A DNA stretch of 64,000 bases from Eledone cirrhosa (Eukaryota). This document shows positions 43,021 to 56,941 of the stretch, in pieces. Below the pieces are notes generated by a model that ran no database searches, was not told the origin of the DNA, and was given only the letters and a program-made list of their open reading frames with translations. Positions within the stretch are counted from its first letter, which is position 1. Each line of letters begins with the position of its first letter. The stretch lies in the NCBI GenBank assembly GCA_964016885.1, contig OZ024743.1:374852001-374916000 (forward strand), in the 5' to 3' direction. The position numbers and the translations under genes were made by a program.

Positions 43021-44106
43021 ATATAACATGTGATTGTAAGTTCATTATTTACATCAACGTTTCACTCAAGATTAGCAGTTTGAAATCGTGGTATACATCA
43101 ACAGCTGAGCTTGTATATTTGGGGTCTATATTCTAAGGGGGCTCTTTTATATTAGTTGTAGGAGTTGTAAAAGGGATGGGTCATAGGGAGTTAAGAGAAT
43201 TTGAAAAGGGCCTAAGGGTTAGGGATTGAAGATTAAAACTTAAAAAATTTATAAGTTACGCATTAAAAGGAAAAGACTTGGGATCTCGTAAAAGCACCCT
43301 AAAAAATCCCTCAATAAGCGCATAAAGCTTATAAGCCCCAATAAACCTAACAAACCAGAAGAGATTAAGAGAATAAAAAAAAATAAAAATAAAAAGTTTC
43401 CTAAAAAATTCCTTTAAAAGAATTCTAAGAGATCCCCTTAACATTTTTTTAGAAAATTTACGAAGATTTAATAATCCCTACGAAAGTTCTAAACTCAAAA
43501 ATTAAAAATTAAAAACTAAAAATTAAAAATTAGGGAAAATAACTTTCAATAAGATTTAAGAGGTTAATAAAGTTAATGATTTAGGGAATCCATAATATAA
43601 AGATTAAGTTTTAAGTTAGGATTTGAATTTTAAGAGTTCCAAACCCAGAAATTAAAAAATTTAATGAATTTAAGATTAAGTAATCTTATATATCCAAGAT
43701 TAAAAATTAAAGATTAAGAGGTTGAACATTAAATTTAATTTTAAAAATTAAGAAATAAATAGTTGAAAGAAATTAATCAATTAAAGGTTAATTCAAAAAG
43801 CCTTAAAAAAATCCCTCAGAAAAGGCCCCCCTTTAATATTTTTAATAAAAACCTCTTCCGAAAGACCCTTCAAAGAATTAAAATTTTAGAGAACCTTTAA
43901 AAATATATATAAAAATGAATTGAGGAAAATTACAAATTAAAAATTAAAGATTACGGGATTTGGGAGATCCGAGGAATTTTCAAAGGGCTGCTTCAACAGA
44001 TACGACAACTTAGGTATAATAAATAAAGTAATTTAAGTAATTTAAGTAATCTAATAATGTATTATCAATACGTCAACTCTAATAATGTATTATCAATACG
44101 TCAACT

Positions 44107-45455
44107 CTAATAATGTATTATCAATACGTCAATGCCAACTCCAACCACCCAGGCTCAGTCCTCAAAGCAATAGTTAAGGGAGTATCTAGTAGGATTAGCG
44201 GACTATCTAGCAACGTGACCGCATTTGAGGCAAATGCGGAGTATTACAATAAGGCGCTAGCTAGGTCAGGGCACAAAGATAAACTTCATTATATTGAGAC
44301 AAACGGCACCACCCCACCACCCCAACCCAGCACTATAATCACGCATAATATGTCCATGGGGGATGAAGGGAGGTCTAGAAAGATGAATAGGGACAATAGG
44401 AATTTAGCTAAGAATAACAACACTCGCAATGCAGACACGGATAGGGCCCGCGCGGCTGGAAAGCGTTACGCCGCCCCAAGCAAGTCCAACAGTGAAAACG
44501 GGGGCCCAGAGGTCTAGGAGATTCGAGACCAATACACATACCACCGGGAGCCCAGGAAGTACACCTGGTAGAACCCGTAATAATGTAGATGAAGGGAGGG
44601 TAAGCAGCATAGGGGATAAGAAACGCAGTGGAAGGAATAGAAGACGTGATAGCACCTTCTTTAACCCGCCCTTCAACTCTAATGTTACTACAGACCTCCC
44701 CAAATCTTTTTTCTATTTAATAGATAGGAACTTCCCCCCAGGTAGTAGGTACGGTAGTGTCATCAATAAGAATACTATCAAACTATCGTACACGACAACC
44801 CCTAATCTGGCCTCCCGCCTTGCTAAGACCAATAAGAGTAAGATTAAAGAGGGACTTAAGGCCATCCGAAATAGTGAACCACACCAGTACACACGACAAC
44901 ATGGGACCGACCCACTGAGTGAAAGACCCAGGGGATAACAGGCAATAGACCCGGTCCCACTAGGCAGCCCCGCGGCCGCTTGGAGGGACATGCACTCCTG
45001 ATTGAGGAGCATGACCCTATTAGAAAGTGTAATTGCCGACAGAAGGACAAATGCCCACTAGCTGGACACTGCCTTATTAAGAACGTAGTATATGCTTGTA
45101 ACGTAACCACAGACACGCATACTAAGACGTATGTGGGGTCAACCGCTAACCAGTTCAAGACGAGATTCAACGCCCACCAGCATAGCTTCCGATATGAGAA
45201 GCTTAAAAATACCACGTCGTTAGCGGGGCATATACATAGCTTAAAACAAACAAAAACCCCTACACACTAAGCTGGAGATGCCTTACTAAAGCTCCTCCAT
45301 ATAGCTCGTTGAACAGGTGTTGTAGCCTGTGCCTAACTGAATCTCATGCCATAGTATTCTCAGGACTTAACTTGCTCAACAGGAGGTCAGAAATCTTCTC
45401 GTCCTGTCCCCATACTATAGTTAGCTCTTTCTTTTTCTTCAGACCAGACACCTAA
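44107..45455 (+). pseudogene. Naiad-type PLE RT thumb plus GIY-YIG, frameshifted
   Basis: YVNANSNHP, FFNPPFN, IKLSY, CNCRQKDKCPLAGHC..NVVY..YVGST..FKTR..H, CSLCLTE..LNRRSE..CPH; paralogous to 34047-35490. Confidence 0.88.
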
Positions 45456-46808
45456 CCCTGACCCCACCCTGTCTCGCACATGGCTGTCCCCCTAGCGAAT
45501 AGGGTGATCTTGAGTAACCCCGGCCCCATTGATGCCTCGGCTCCCCACTTGCCGATGGGGACTCTGGTGAGGAACAGTCGATCCTGTGTCCCGCTTGCCA
45601 ACTTGGGATTGGTGGCAGCATTGTTGCTGGGCGCCCTGGGGGCAGCTGATGCCTGTAGTGTGGGATATTGCGAGTGCCTGGACCCACGTTGACTGGTCTG
45701 AGGAGGTACCGTCGGAGATACATATCAACAAATTCGGGAATTTGCCCAAGGGAACAGTAGCAGAGCACCCCAATGTGGCGGCCGTTCCCTGCCTATAACC
45801 AATCAAACAACCCCCGCGCCTCCCCTCCCCTAGTAAACCCCTGTCCCAATAGATCCCCCTCCCTATTCTCTCCCATTCATTTCTTTTGAGTTAGTTCTTT
45901 ATTAATAGTGGGTTTTTTAGTTAGTTCTTTATTAATAAGGATTTTTTTGTATATTACCACGGTTGACATAATGGGCTTGGAGAGTTGACTCCTTTGATGC
46001 CTGACCACTCGATAAGTTAGGGGTTGTGCCCCTTGAACAGGGGTGTGTCTTGCTGGTCTACCTGCAGTCTGCTACTACCCGAGACTGGACATGGTCGTAG
46101 CCACAGGCCTGCGCGTGCGCGATAGCATGGAGTATGTATGAATGTATGTATGAATCTGTGTATGTGTGTATGTTTGTATGTATGCATGTATGTAGGTATG
46201 TATGTAGGCATGTATGTATGTATGAATGTATGTATGTATTTGTGTATCTGTGTATGTTTGTATGTATGTATGTATGTACATAAGTATGAATGTATGTATG
46301 TATGAATATATGTATATATGTATGTACGTGTACGTGTGTATGTATTTATGTATGTGGGCATGTATGTATGTATTTATGTATGTATGTATGTGTATGTATG
46401 TGTGTATATGTGTATGTAGGTATGTGTGTGTATGTATATATGCGCGCGCATGGACGTAATTATTTTTGTTTGTCCCCCGCGTTTAGTAATTAGTTCAAGA
46501 TAAATCGCAAGAAATAAAGAAATAATACAAAGAATGGATCACCAATTGTGAAAATGAATAAAAGAATAAAAAAGGAGTGGGAATAGAAGAATGGTGAGGG
46601 GGGAAACAAAGAAAAATAACTGAAGCTGTTTAGTCCGGTGGGTATATAGAATGACAATGTAGATGTAGATAATACATCATCTCCATATCTGTACTAAAAG
46701 GTGGCCTTAAATACAGTAAAATAGCTTTGTTACAATGGGCTTTGAGTTAATGGAAACGAACGACCTGAAATATGTCATCCCTTACCTACACAATATTATA
46801 AACATATA

Positions 46809-46841
<33 letters not shown>

Positions 46842-46874
46842 CTGTATATATATATATGTATATATATATATATA

Positions 46875-47262
<388 letters not shown>

Positions 47263-47610
47263 ATACAATAACAGAGATAGCTTAACGCTAAACTCCGACT
47301 GGTAACCATCTCACTCAACAAACATTAGGTTATATGTTAGTATAACCCAATTTATGTGTATGGGGTGCTAACTATATGTATTTTGTGGAAAGCCAGTTGT
47401 ATTATTTTATGAGATATAATTAAAGTTAAAGTTATATATATATATATATATGAAAAGATTCAGAAACCCGACGGCTGAGCTCTTGCCGTTTCGACAGCTA
47501 GATCTGAACTGCGTTATAGTCCACCTGATATTTTACCACACCCACTTTGTTATATATATATATGCCGTCAAAGCGGCTTCAGCTCTGCCGTCGGGGTCTT
47601 GAACATTTTC

Positions 47611-47677
<67 letters not shown>

Positions 47678-47679
47678 CC

Positions 47680-47992
47680 ATTTTTGAATTTGCTTTGCAA
47701 GATTTCTTATCTGAAAACGTGTGTTGAAACAGATATTGTTATACTTTTGGTGGGTCATGCTGCCAATAAAAACACACGCACCAGTTAGTTTTCACTTCGA
47801 TTTATTATAAATTTCCGGTTGGTTGGCTGGTTGGTTCGATAACCGGGTGGTTGTTTATATATTTTTTTAAGCTCTTTCCTCACACATTCTGTGACCTCCT
47901 CAATGACTAGGTTTTTATTTTGTGTCTCTCCTTCTTTTTTGTGTCTCTCATCTTTTTTTTTTTGTTTTGTGTCCACAACACACAAAAACAAG
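47680..47992 (-). mobile_element. Solo pLTR fragment related to 40650-40975
   Basis: Reverse complement aligns by eye to the hammerhead region and tail of the 37175-40975 PLE; its core is degenerate (ttgagga). Confidence 0.75.
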
Positions 47993-48511
47993 ATATATAC
48001 GTTTAGTTACAAGAAAGTGAAATGATGTATTTGCTGTATAAAATAAATGGAACTGTATTTTTTTTTTACAAGAAATTATCTAGTATAGTTAAAACTCTTT
48101 TCTCTTCTCGTCAATGTTTTCCCCTGCAGCAGCTCAGTGAAGCACATTACCAATCAGCGGATTTGCCTGTTTCTTTCAACCCTTCAGTAAAGAGAAACAT
48201 TTTCTAAAGCTGTTATAAATCGACCTCAATGTTTGGAACGTTTTCTTCCACGGGACATTCCCCTTCGTCGTATTCATCGCCACGTTGCTGATCGTAGTTA
48301 ATGTGGTTGCTATCGTATCTATCAATACATTGGTGATCGTTGTTAACGTGGTTGCTATCGTATTCATTGATACGTTATTGGTTGATGTTAACGTGGTTGC
48401 TATCGTTCAAGTTTTCACGGCGTGACTTCACTAATTCCTTCACATTTCCTGAGTATACTTCACTAAAGACTAATTCATATCCAATGGATGTATTTTCATC
48501 AACAGCCACTG

Positions 48512-48561
<50 letters not shown>

Positions 48562-48593
48562 CAGTGGCTGTTGATGAAAATATATATATATAT

Positions 48594-49031
48594 CAAGTAA
48601 GTATGTTTTGAAACAGTGAGCAGGTTTGAAATTAGAAAATAGAATAGCTTTCACCGTATTTTTGACTAAATGAATTTTAGCCTGATAATGAGGTTTACAA
48701 CCCTAAGATAAATGGAAAAAGATGAGTATTGACGTACATGGGAGTCGAACCCACATCTTTGGTTATCGTGACCACTGTGCTACCATTACACCAACACATC
48801 ACCCATATCTTTCCATTCAAATTAGGCTAAAATTCCTTTAGTCAAAAATACGGTGAAAGCTATATATTTTCTAATTTCAAACCTGCTCACTGTTTCAAAA
48901 CATACTTACTTGCCATTAAAACTCGCTAAGAATGTAGTTTCTAATTTGAATGGAAAGAGATGGGTGATGTGTTGGTGTAATGGGAGCACAGTGGTCGTGA
49001 TAACCAAAGATGTGGGTTCGACTCCCATTTA

Positions 49032-49035
<4 letters not shown>
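48594..49035. mobile_element. Interlocked inverted-repeat element containing a tRNA-like sequence, in (TA)n
   Basis: 48594-48683 inverted at 48824-48912; 48730-48825 inverted at 48941-49035. Confidence 0.75.
48730..48800 (-). other. tRNA-like sequence (Pol III A/B boxes); second copy 48966-49035 on plus
   Basis: gatgtgt tggtgtaatggtagcac agtggt-cacgata-accaa agatg tggg-ttcgact-ccca tgtacgtc; cloverleaf-like but with a non-canonical anticodon loop. Confidence 0.6.
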
Positions 49036-49086
<51 letters not shown>

Positions 49087-49345
49087 TTGTGTATAATGGT
49101 AGCTATGGTGCTTCCATAGACGGTATGCCAAAATTAGCACTCAAAATTCATACAGAGTAGAGTGTGGATAGTATAAAAAAACGAAAAATGAGTGATGCAT
49201 CTGGACTCAGTTTATTGCGTATTTCAATTGTTTCGCCGGCAGGTACCTCGAGACATGATCACTGTGTGGATCTGGGTGATTCTACACTGGTAGTTCGTTC
49301 GGAGCAAATTTTCTCACTGGGGTGTTATCGTCAAAAAACATCTTC

Positions 49346-49399
<54 letters not shown>

Positions 49400-49466
49400 C
49401 AAGGTTTAGCAAATATGAAAAAGTTTCAAAATAAATTTCAAAAAATTTACTGTACTCACTATGGTT

Positions 49467-49553
49467 ACCTTTACCGAATCGGTTTCGAGTCTCAAAAATA
49501 AATGGACAGTCCTTGCGGCCTTCCATTGAAAAGATAAACTCTCGTCAGAAGGT
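49467..49553 (-). ncRNA. Type I hammerhead ribozyme
   Basis: Reverse complement: acctt CTGACGA gagttt [loop] agactc GAAA ccg-att-cgg TA aaggt; tail then runs to (TA)n at ~49395. Confidence 0.82.
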
Positions 49554-49839
49554 TCTTTTCACTCGAAGAATATAAAATTCCCGAGTTCAAATTACGAACT
49601 GGCGCTATTCAAAATTGTTCCCGAGATGAGAATGAATGATGTGGAAGCAATTCTGTCCAGTGTCGTGTGTAAAGATGGAAGCAGAGGCAGGGAGGTCAGT
49701 CTACTACCACTATAAATAGCAGCAGTCAAAACGACCAAATTTGTTCTCGACCAAGAGGAGATTAATAATAATAAAGTATATATGCCTACACGCAAAAAGC
49801 GTCCAGGGACATATGTATATGTATATATATATATGTATA

Positions 49840-50153
49840 AATGAAGTAATTCCGTCGGAAAGGTCCAGGAAAAAAGAGTGCTCTATGTAGGTTACAGAGC
49901 TTAATAGTTATGTAATAAACAACATAACGCAATTATTTCATTTACCAGTGGTTTGTTAAAAGCAAACATATTTTGCTTTCAATCATCAGAATGAAAAGAT
50001 CCTGGTGTATTTATTGACATTGGTTTTTAAAATCCAATGTCAATAAATACACCAGGATTTTTTCATTCTGATGATTGAAAGCAAAATTTGTTTGCTTTTA
50101 AGAAACCACTGGTAAATGAAATAATTGCCTTATGTTGTTTATTACATAACTAT
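49840..50153 (-). mobile_element. Fold-back pLTR (~120-bp arms) plus tail between TA-rich tracts
   Basis: 49904-50024 inverted at 50033-50153; tail on the left. Confidence 0.8.
50061..50121 (+). ncRNA. Type I hammerhead ribozyme
   Basis: tttcatt CTGATGA ttgaaagcaaa atttg tttgcttttaa GAAA cca-c-tgg TA aatgaaa; the mirror copy has CAAA. Confidence 0.88.
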
Positions 50154-50199
50154 ATATATATATATATATAACCTCCTCGCAACTGGTGCAGCCAGTCGT

Positions 50200-50830
50200 T
50201 GGTGGGGGGGGGGAGCACTCAAGACACGTTCGTAGCTAACCATCGCTACTGGTCTTTATTCTCCGTCAGGCGTAGAAGGGTCTCAGCGTAGTGACCAGTC
50301 CAGTCTTTGATTTTGTCGGACCAGGATTTTCTTTGTCTGCTTCTCCTTCACTCTCCTTCGACTGTGACTTGAAGGGTGGTGTTTTAGACAAAGAGTTATG
50401 GCGGGGTACATGGCCGTACCAGACAAGCTTCTTCCGCGCAAGGAGTGGTTCCTATCTGCCAGCATATTAGTTAACTTGCTGCCTGACAAAGCTGTTTGTT
50501 TTGTGTTCCGTGGACGGGATATGTAGCAACCTTCTGAGGCACTTGTTCTCGAGGCTTGGATTTTTTGTTCCATAACAGCTGTGAGAGTCCAACTCTGACA
50601 CCCATACCAAAGGACAGCAAACACCAAGGACTTATATAATTTGAGCTTCGTTGGAAAACAGATGGATTGGCTTTTCCATTGAACATTTAGCTTCACCATG
50701 GCAGAAGTGGCCAGACACAGTCTTGTCAGTTTCTCCTTGTGAGATCTGCCATCTTTGGTCAAAGTCAATCCTAGGTTCTTGACGGTATCCACATCTATAA
50801 GTCTTCTTCCATTCAATAAGATGCGACGAG
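50200..50830 (-). pseudogene. RTE-clade LINE 3' fragment
   Basis: VDTVKNLG, TKLKLYKSLV..LWYGCQSWTL; frameshifted downstream. Confidence 0.8.
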
Positions 50831-50942
50831 CTTTTGATTCCAAAGTCGGGCCAGATCGATACAGATCGAAACTTGAGCTGATCAGTAGCAAACGCGCGTC
50901 ACCATCTGTAAACGTAATGAAGGCTTAACAAATCGTCCTTGT

Positions 50943-50973
<31 letters not shown>

Positions 50974-51048
50974 TATTATATATATAGTGCCGTAACTCTA
51001 TGCGTTAAAGCATGGCGTCCGACCCTCTACCGATACTGCCAATCCACA

Positions 51049-51111
<63 letters not shown>

Positions 51112-51114
<3 letters not shown>

Positions 51115-51473
51115 GATATTAAATAAATGGAAACTATATTTATAAAACCATATTTATTTCATTATATATATTTCAGGGATATCATATTAAAAATATGTTA
51201 TGCCTTCTTCAGACAAAATACAATATAAACAGTCTTATAAATAGATAGATTCGACATACCTTTCAACTTCGACTTCTATTTGAAAAGTTGATTTGGTAGT
51301 GAAAAATATTAGGGACAGTTATAAAAAGAAAGAAAGAAAAACGAAGAAAAAGAAGAAATGCATGCAACTAAATAGAGAGAGATAGATATAGAGAGATAGA
51401 TAGAGAGAAGAAATTCATGTAAAGAAACAGAGAGAGATATATAGAGAGAGGAAAAACACAGAGGGAGATAGAT

Positions 51474-51556
<83 letters not shown>

Positions 51557-52278
51557 TATAGAGAGATAGATATCGATAGAGATAGAGAGAAAGAAAATAG
51601 GTAGTTGGGCACCAGTTGAATGACGTATCAATGATATATTTATTTATTTATTTATTTATTTAGCTCTAGTATTAATGTAGAGAGAGATATATGTGGTTAA
51701 GAGAGAAAACAGCCGTTACATAGAGAGAAAAGAAAAATATCCAGACATAAACGAGGCAGATTTAAAACACTATGTTTCATCAATGTAAAAATATCAATTC
51801 GTATAAATCAGGCATTATAATGTAAATATCAGTATTCAGGAATTTGCAGAGCTGATCACGTAAATTCACATGGATGTCTATAATATCGAATCTGGGATAA
51901 CCTTCTATTTTATCTCAACTCTAATATAAACCTAGGAATTTTAAACTAGACATATGATCATTATTTTTCACACATTATTGATACGTGTCTCATTCATGAA
52001 TACTGATATTTACATTATAATGCCTGATTTATACGAATTGATATTTTTACATTGATGAAACATAGTGTTTTAAATCTGCCTCATTTATGTCTGGATATTT
52101 TTCTTCTCTCTCTATGTAACGACTGTTTTCTCTCTTAACCACATATATCTCTCTCTACATTAATACTAGAGCTAAATAAATAAATAAATAAATAAATATA
52201 TTATTGATACGTCATTCAACTGGTGTCCAACTACCTATTTTCTTTCTCTCTATCTCTATCTATATCTATCTCTCTATA

Positions 52279-52365
<87 letters not shown>

Positions 52366-52812
52366 ATCTATCTCCCTCTGTGTTTTTTCCTCTCTATATA
52401 TATCTCTCTCTGTTTCTTTACATGAATTTCTTCTCTCTATCTATCTCTCTATATCTATCTCTCTCTATTTAGTTGCATGCATTTCTTCTTTTTCTTCGTT
52501 TTTCTTTCTTTCTTTTTATAACTGTCCCTAATATTTTTCACTACCAAATCAACTTTTCAAATAGAAGTCGAAGTTGAAAGGTATGTCGAATCTATCTATT
52601 TATAAGACTGTTTATATTGTATTTTGTCTGAAGAAGGCATAACATATTTTTAATATGATATCCCTGAAATATATATAATGAAATAAATATGGTTTTATAA
52701 ATATAGTTTCCATTTATTTAATATCGTAAATATACTCCAAATACTTGTTGAGTGCTTTTATATCAGTTATAAATATTTACTCGTTGTTAACCCAACAATT
52801 TAAATAAAACTT
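51112..52812 (+). mobile_element. PLE 3' UTR/pLTR fold-back, ~730-bp arms, 158-bp spacer, ~85-bp tail, in (TA)n
   Basis: 51112-51838 inverted at 51997-52728. Confidence 0.88.
52622..52683 (+). ncRNA. Minimal type I hammerhead ribozyme (mirror at ~51157-51218)
   Basis: ttttgt CTGAAGA agg..cct GAAA tatata TA atgaaa. Confidence 0.72.
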
Positions 52813-52861
52813 TGCATATATATATATAGATATATATATATATATATGGTGTGGATTGGCA

Positions 52862-52903
<42 letters not shown>

Positions 52904-52915
52904 TGTGGATTGGCA

Positions 52916-53033
<118 letters not shown>

Positions 53034-53512
53034 TGGTAAACGGAATAGAAAATGCTGACAAATTGTTCACAGTTGAAAAATGGTTTAATTAGGAATAAAA
53101 GAGTATTAGTAATTGTATGGGTTAGTATTCAGTTGTGGTTTTAAGTTTTTAAGTTTTTACCGGTTGCGCATTTCTAAATGCTTTTCAAAAATAATTTTGA
53201 GATAGAGTGTCCGTGCTGTTTGCTCTGATCTGATTAGTTTTGGGAATTCTACCTGTTTTTATGTTAAAAAAATGGCTGCAGCGTTATTTTTGTGTTGCAA
53301 AAATGCTTGTGGTCAAAACAATTTTGATTGGTCGGTAGAGGTCATGTGAATGTAAAAAGTTGATTTTGCGCCAAGACTGTTTTTATGTTAAAATGTTAGA
53401 AAAGTGGCTCCAGCAAAAATTATGGTCAAAACAATTTTGATTGGTCGGTAGAGGTCATGTGGATAAAAAATTGGTTTTGCGCCAAGATTGAGAAATGACT
53501 CTTTCACAACAA

Positions 53513-53598
<86 letters not shown>

Positions 53599-53990
53599 TA
53601 GTAGTAATAAGGTGTTCGATGCTGCGACAATAGCCACCAGCGATGTGTGTCAAATGGCTATTAAGATAAGTGTGTGTGTGTGTGTGTGTGTGTGCGTACA
53701 TACACACAGCAGAGTCATTCGAAGGTCAAAAGATATTTTTCAGCTTTTGTCTTATACGGAGAAGTGCGTGTGTGTGTGTGTGTGTGTATAAGTCTCTTTG
53801 TATGTTGATGTACGCGTGTGTATGTGTTTGTGTATATATGTGTGTGTGTGTGTGTGTGCGTGTGTGGGTGGACCAGTATTTTTTTCCCCCCTGGTAAAAT
53901 GGTGTACATTATTCGATTTTTTCAGTAAAATCGGTTCTCTTAATAGAACATCAACAATCTTAACAATAAAAGGTGTGAAATGATATTCAC

Positions 53991-54035
<45 letters not shown>

Positions 54036-54038
54036 TTT

Positions 54039-54075
<37 letters not shown>

Positions 54076-54217
54076 TACATACATATATATGCACATATAT
54101 TTTTTTGTATTGCACCATAGAGCATGTGTGTTTACGTGTGTCATTGTGTTTATATGTGGGTAGAGATGTGTGCTGATGTAGGTATGTATGTTGACGTGTG
54201 TATGTTGTGGGTTCGTC

Positions 54218-54775
54218 TTAGGGAGAAGTGTTTAGACGGGGTCCGTATTTGTTAATGAAGTAAGATTCCTTGCTGATGCGCTGGGTGTGGGTGGCATTAT
54301 CTTTAAATTTGTAGAGGGGAAAGATTCTGAAGTTGGGATGATTTTGGGCGGCGCAGGTATCAATGTGTTCACTCAGTGGTATTTTCCTGTATTCCCGTAT
54401 TTTAATTTGGGATCTATGGACAGTCATGCGTTGGCGGAGGCTGTTTTTGGTCTGGCCTATGTATTGTTCTCGACAACATGAACAAGTTAATACATATATT
54501 AAATTTTCCGATGCACATGTGAAATTGTGTTTTACTATAAAACGTTGTCCATCTTTGAAATAGAATTCCGAACCCTCTATTAGGTTGATGCAAATGCCAC
54601 AGTTGGGTCTATCGCATTTTTTTACTGTGGGTTTCGTTGTTGTGGTTGGCAGTACTTTGGCATGTGTTAAGATGTTTTTCATTGACTTGGATTGTCTTTT
54701 GCTCTTTATGATATCGTGTGTTCCTAGAATTTGGTTCATTCTATGGTCCTTTTTCAATACAGGGATGTTCTGGAG
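54218..54775 (-). pseudogene. Inverted copy of linker plus GIY-YIG domain, frame intact
   Basis: ORF 54218-54790 is the same protein as the plus-strand copy but without the frameshift. Confidence 0.85.
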
Positions 54776-55923
54776 ATACCTGGAAATCACCCTCTACACT
54801 AAAGTCCTAAACAAATTTGGAAACACCCTCCACTTACACATTGAAAGGAACTGGAAGCGATATCTTGATGACTGCTTCATCCTTTGGCACGAAAACATCG
54901 AAAAACTTAAAGAATTTCACACCCTTATAAATGGGCTCAACACAAATATTAACTTCACGATGGAATACAGCCATCAACAACTCCCCTTCCTCGACATCCT
55001 CATTAAGATCCATAACAAAAAAATAGAAACAGACATATACTACAAGCCCACAGACTCCAAGCAATACCTCCCCTTCAACTCTTGCCACCCTAGACACGTT
55101 AAAATTAATATTCCCTACAACTTAGTCAAGAGAATCTGTACTATAGTCTCCAATAAAAACATCTGCTACTTACGGCTACAAGAACTAAAGGACACACTCA
55201 TAGGCAGGGACTACCCTGCATCACTAATTGACAATGGAATCCAACGTGCCCTAAAACTCAGTACCCAGGACCTTAGACACCCTAAAGTAAATCAACCAAA
55301 ACTAAAAGCTCTTCCATACATCTCCACACACAACCCCCTCAACAACGAGGCCTTTGACACCATCCTCCAGAACATCCCTGTATTGAAAAAGGACCATAGA
55401 ATGAACCAAATTCTAGGAACACACGATATCATAAAGAGCAAAAGACAATCCAAGTCAATGAAAAACATCTTAACACATGCCAAAGTACTGCCAACCACAA
55501 CAACGAAACCCACAGTAAAAAAAATGCGATAGACCCAACTGTGGCATTTGCATCAACCTAATAGAGGGTTCGGAATTCTATTTCAAAGATGGACAACGTT
55601 TTATAGTAAAACACAATTTCACATGTGCATCGGAAAATTTAATATATGTATTAACTTGTTCATGTTGTCGAGAACAATACATAGGCCAGACCAAAAACAG
55701 CCTCCGCCAACGCATGACTGTCCATAGATCCCAAATTAAAATACGGGAATACAGGAAAATACCACTGAGTGAACACATTGATACCTGCGCCGCCCAAAAT
55801 CATCCCAACTTCAGAATCTTTCCCCTCTACAAATTTAAAGATAATGCCACCCACACCCAGCGCATCAGCAAGGAATCTTACTTCATTAACAAATACGGAC
55901 CCCGTCTAAACACTTCTCCCTAA
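54776..55923 (+). pseudogene. PLE RT C-terminal half plus GIY-YIG (one +1 frameshift in an A-run at ~55520)
   Basis: YLEITLY, WKRYLDD, LPFLDI, YYKPTD, SCHP, CDRPNCGIC linker, NLIY..C..C..YIGQT..R..H. Confidence 0.9.
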
Positions 55924-56065
55924 GACGAACCCACAACATACACACGTCAACATACATACCTACATCAGCACACATCTCTACCCACATATAAACACAATGA
56001 CACACGTAAACACACATGCTCTATGGTGCAATACAAAAAAATATATGTGCATATATATGTATGTA

Positions 56066-56102
<37 letters not shown>

Positions 56103-56105
56103 AAA

Positions 56106-56150
<45 letters not shown>

Positions 56151-56540
56151 GTGAATATCATTTCACACCTTTTATTGTTAAGATTGTTGATGTTCTATTA
56201 AGAGAACCGATTTTACTGAAAAAATCGAATAATGTACACCATTTTACCAGGGGGGAAAAAAATACTGGTCCACCCACACACGCACACACACACACACACA
56301 CATATATACACAAACACATACACACGCGTACATCAACATACAAAGAGACTTATACACACACACACACACACACGCACTTCTCCGTATAAGACAAAAGCTG
56401 AAAAATATCTTTTGACCTTCGAATGACTGCTGTGTGTATGTACGCACACACACACACACACACACACACTTATCTTAATAGCCATTTGACACACATCGCT
56501 GGTGGCTATTGTCGCAGCATCGAACACCTTACTACTACTA

Positions 56541-56620
<80 letters not shown>

Positions 56621-56941
56621 TTGTTGTGAAAGAGTCATTTCTCAATCTTGGCGCAAAACCAATTTTTTATCCACATGACCTCTACCGACCAATCAAAATT
56701 GTTTTGACCATAATTTTTGCTGGAGCCACTTTTCTAACATTTTAACATAAAAACAGTCTTGGCGCAAAATCAACTTTTTACATTCACATGACCTCTACCG
56801 ACCAATCAAAATTGTTTTGACCACAAGCATTTTTGCAACACAAAAATAACGCTGCAGCCATTTTTTTAACATAAAAACAGGTAGAATTCCCAAAACTAAT
56901 CAGATCAGAGCAAACAGCACGGACACTCTATCTCAAAATTA

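Noticed and set aside
45439-45806. GC-rich short ORFs after the Naiad ORF
   Set aside because: No recognisable motifs; most simply 3' UTR.
48730-49035. Functional tRNA genes
   Set aside because: Anticodon loops lack the conserved U33 and differ between copies; acceptor stem is weak; embedded in a repeat.
54585-54775. Hydrophobic N-terminus fused to RT in ORF 54585-55532
   Set aside because: It is the antisense of the inverted arm read through the junction, not a real domain.
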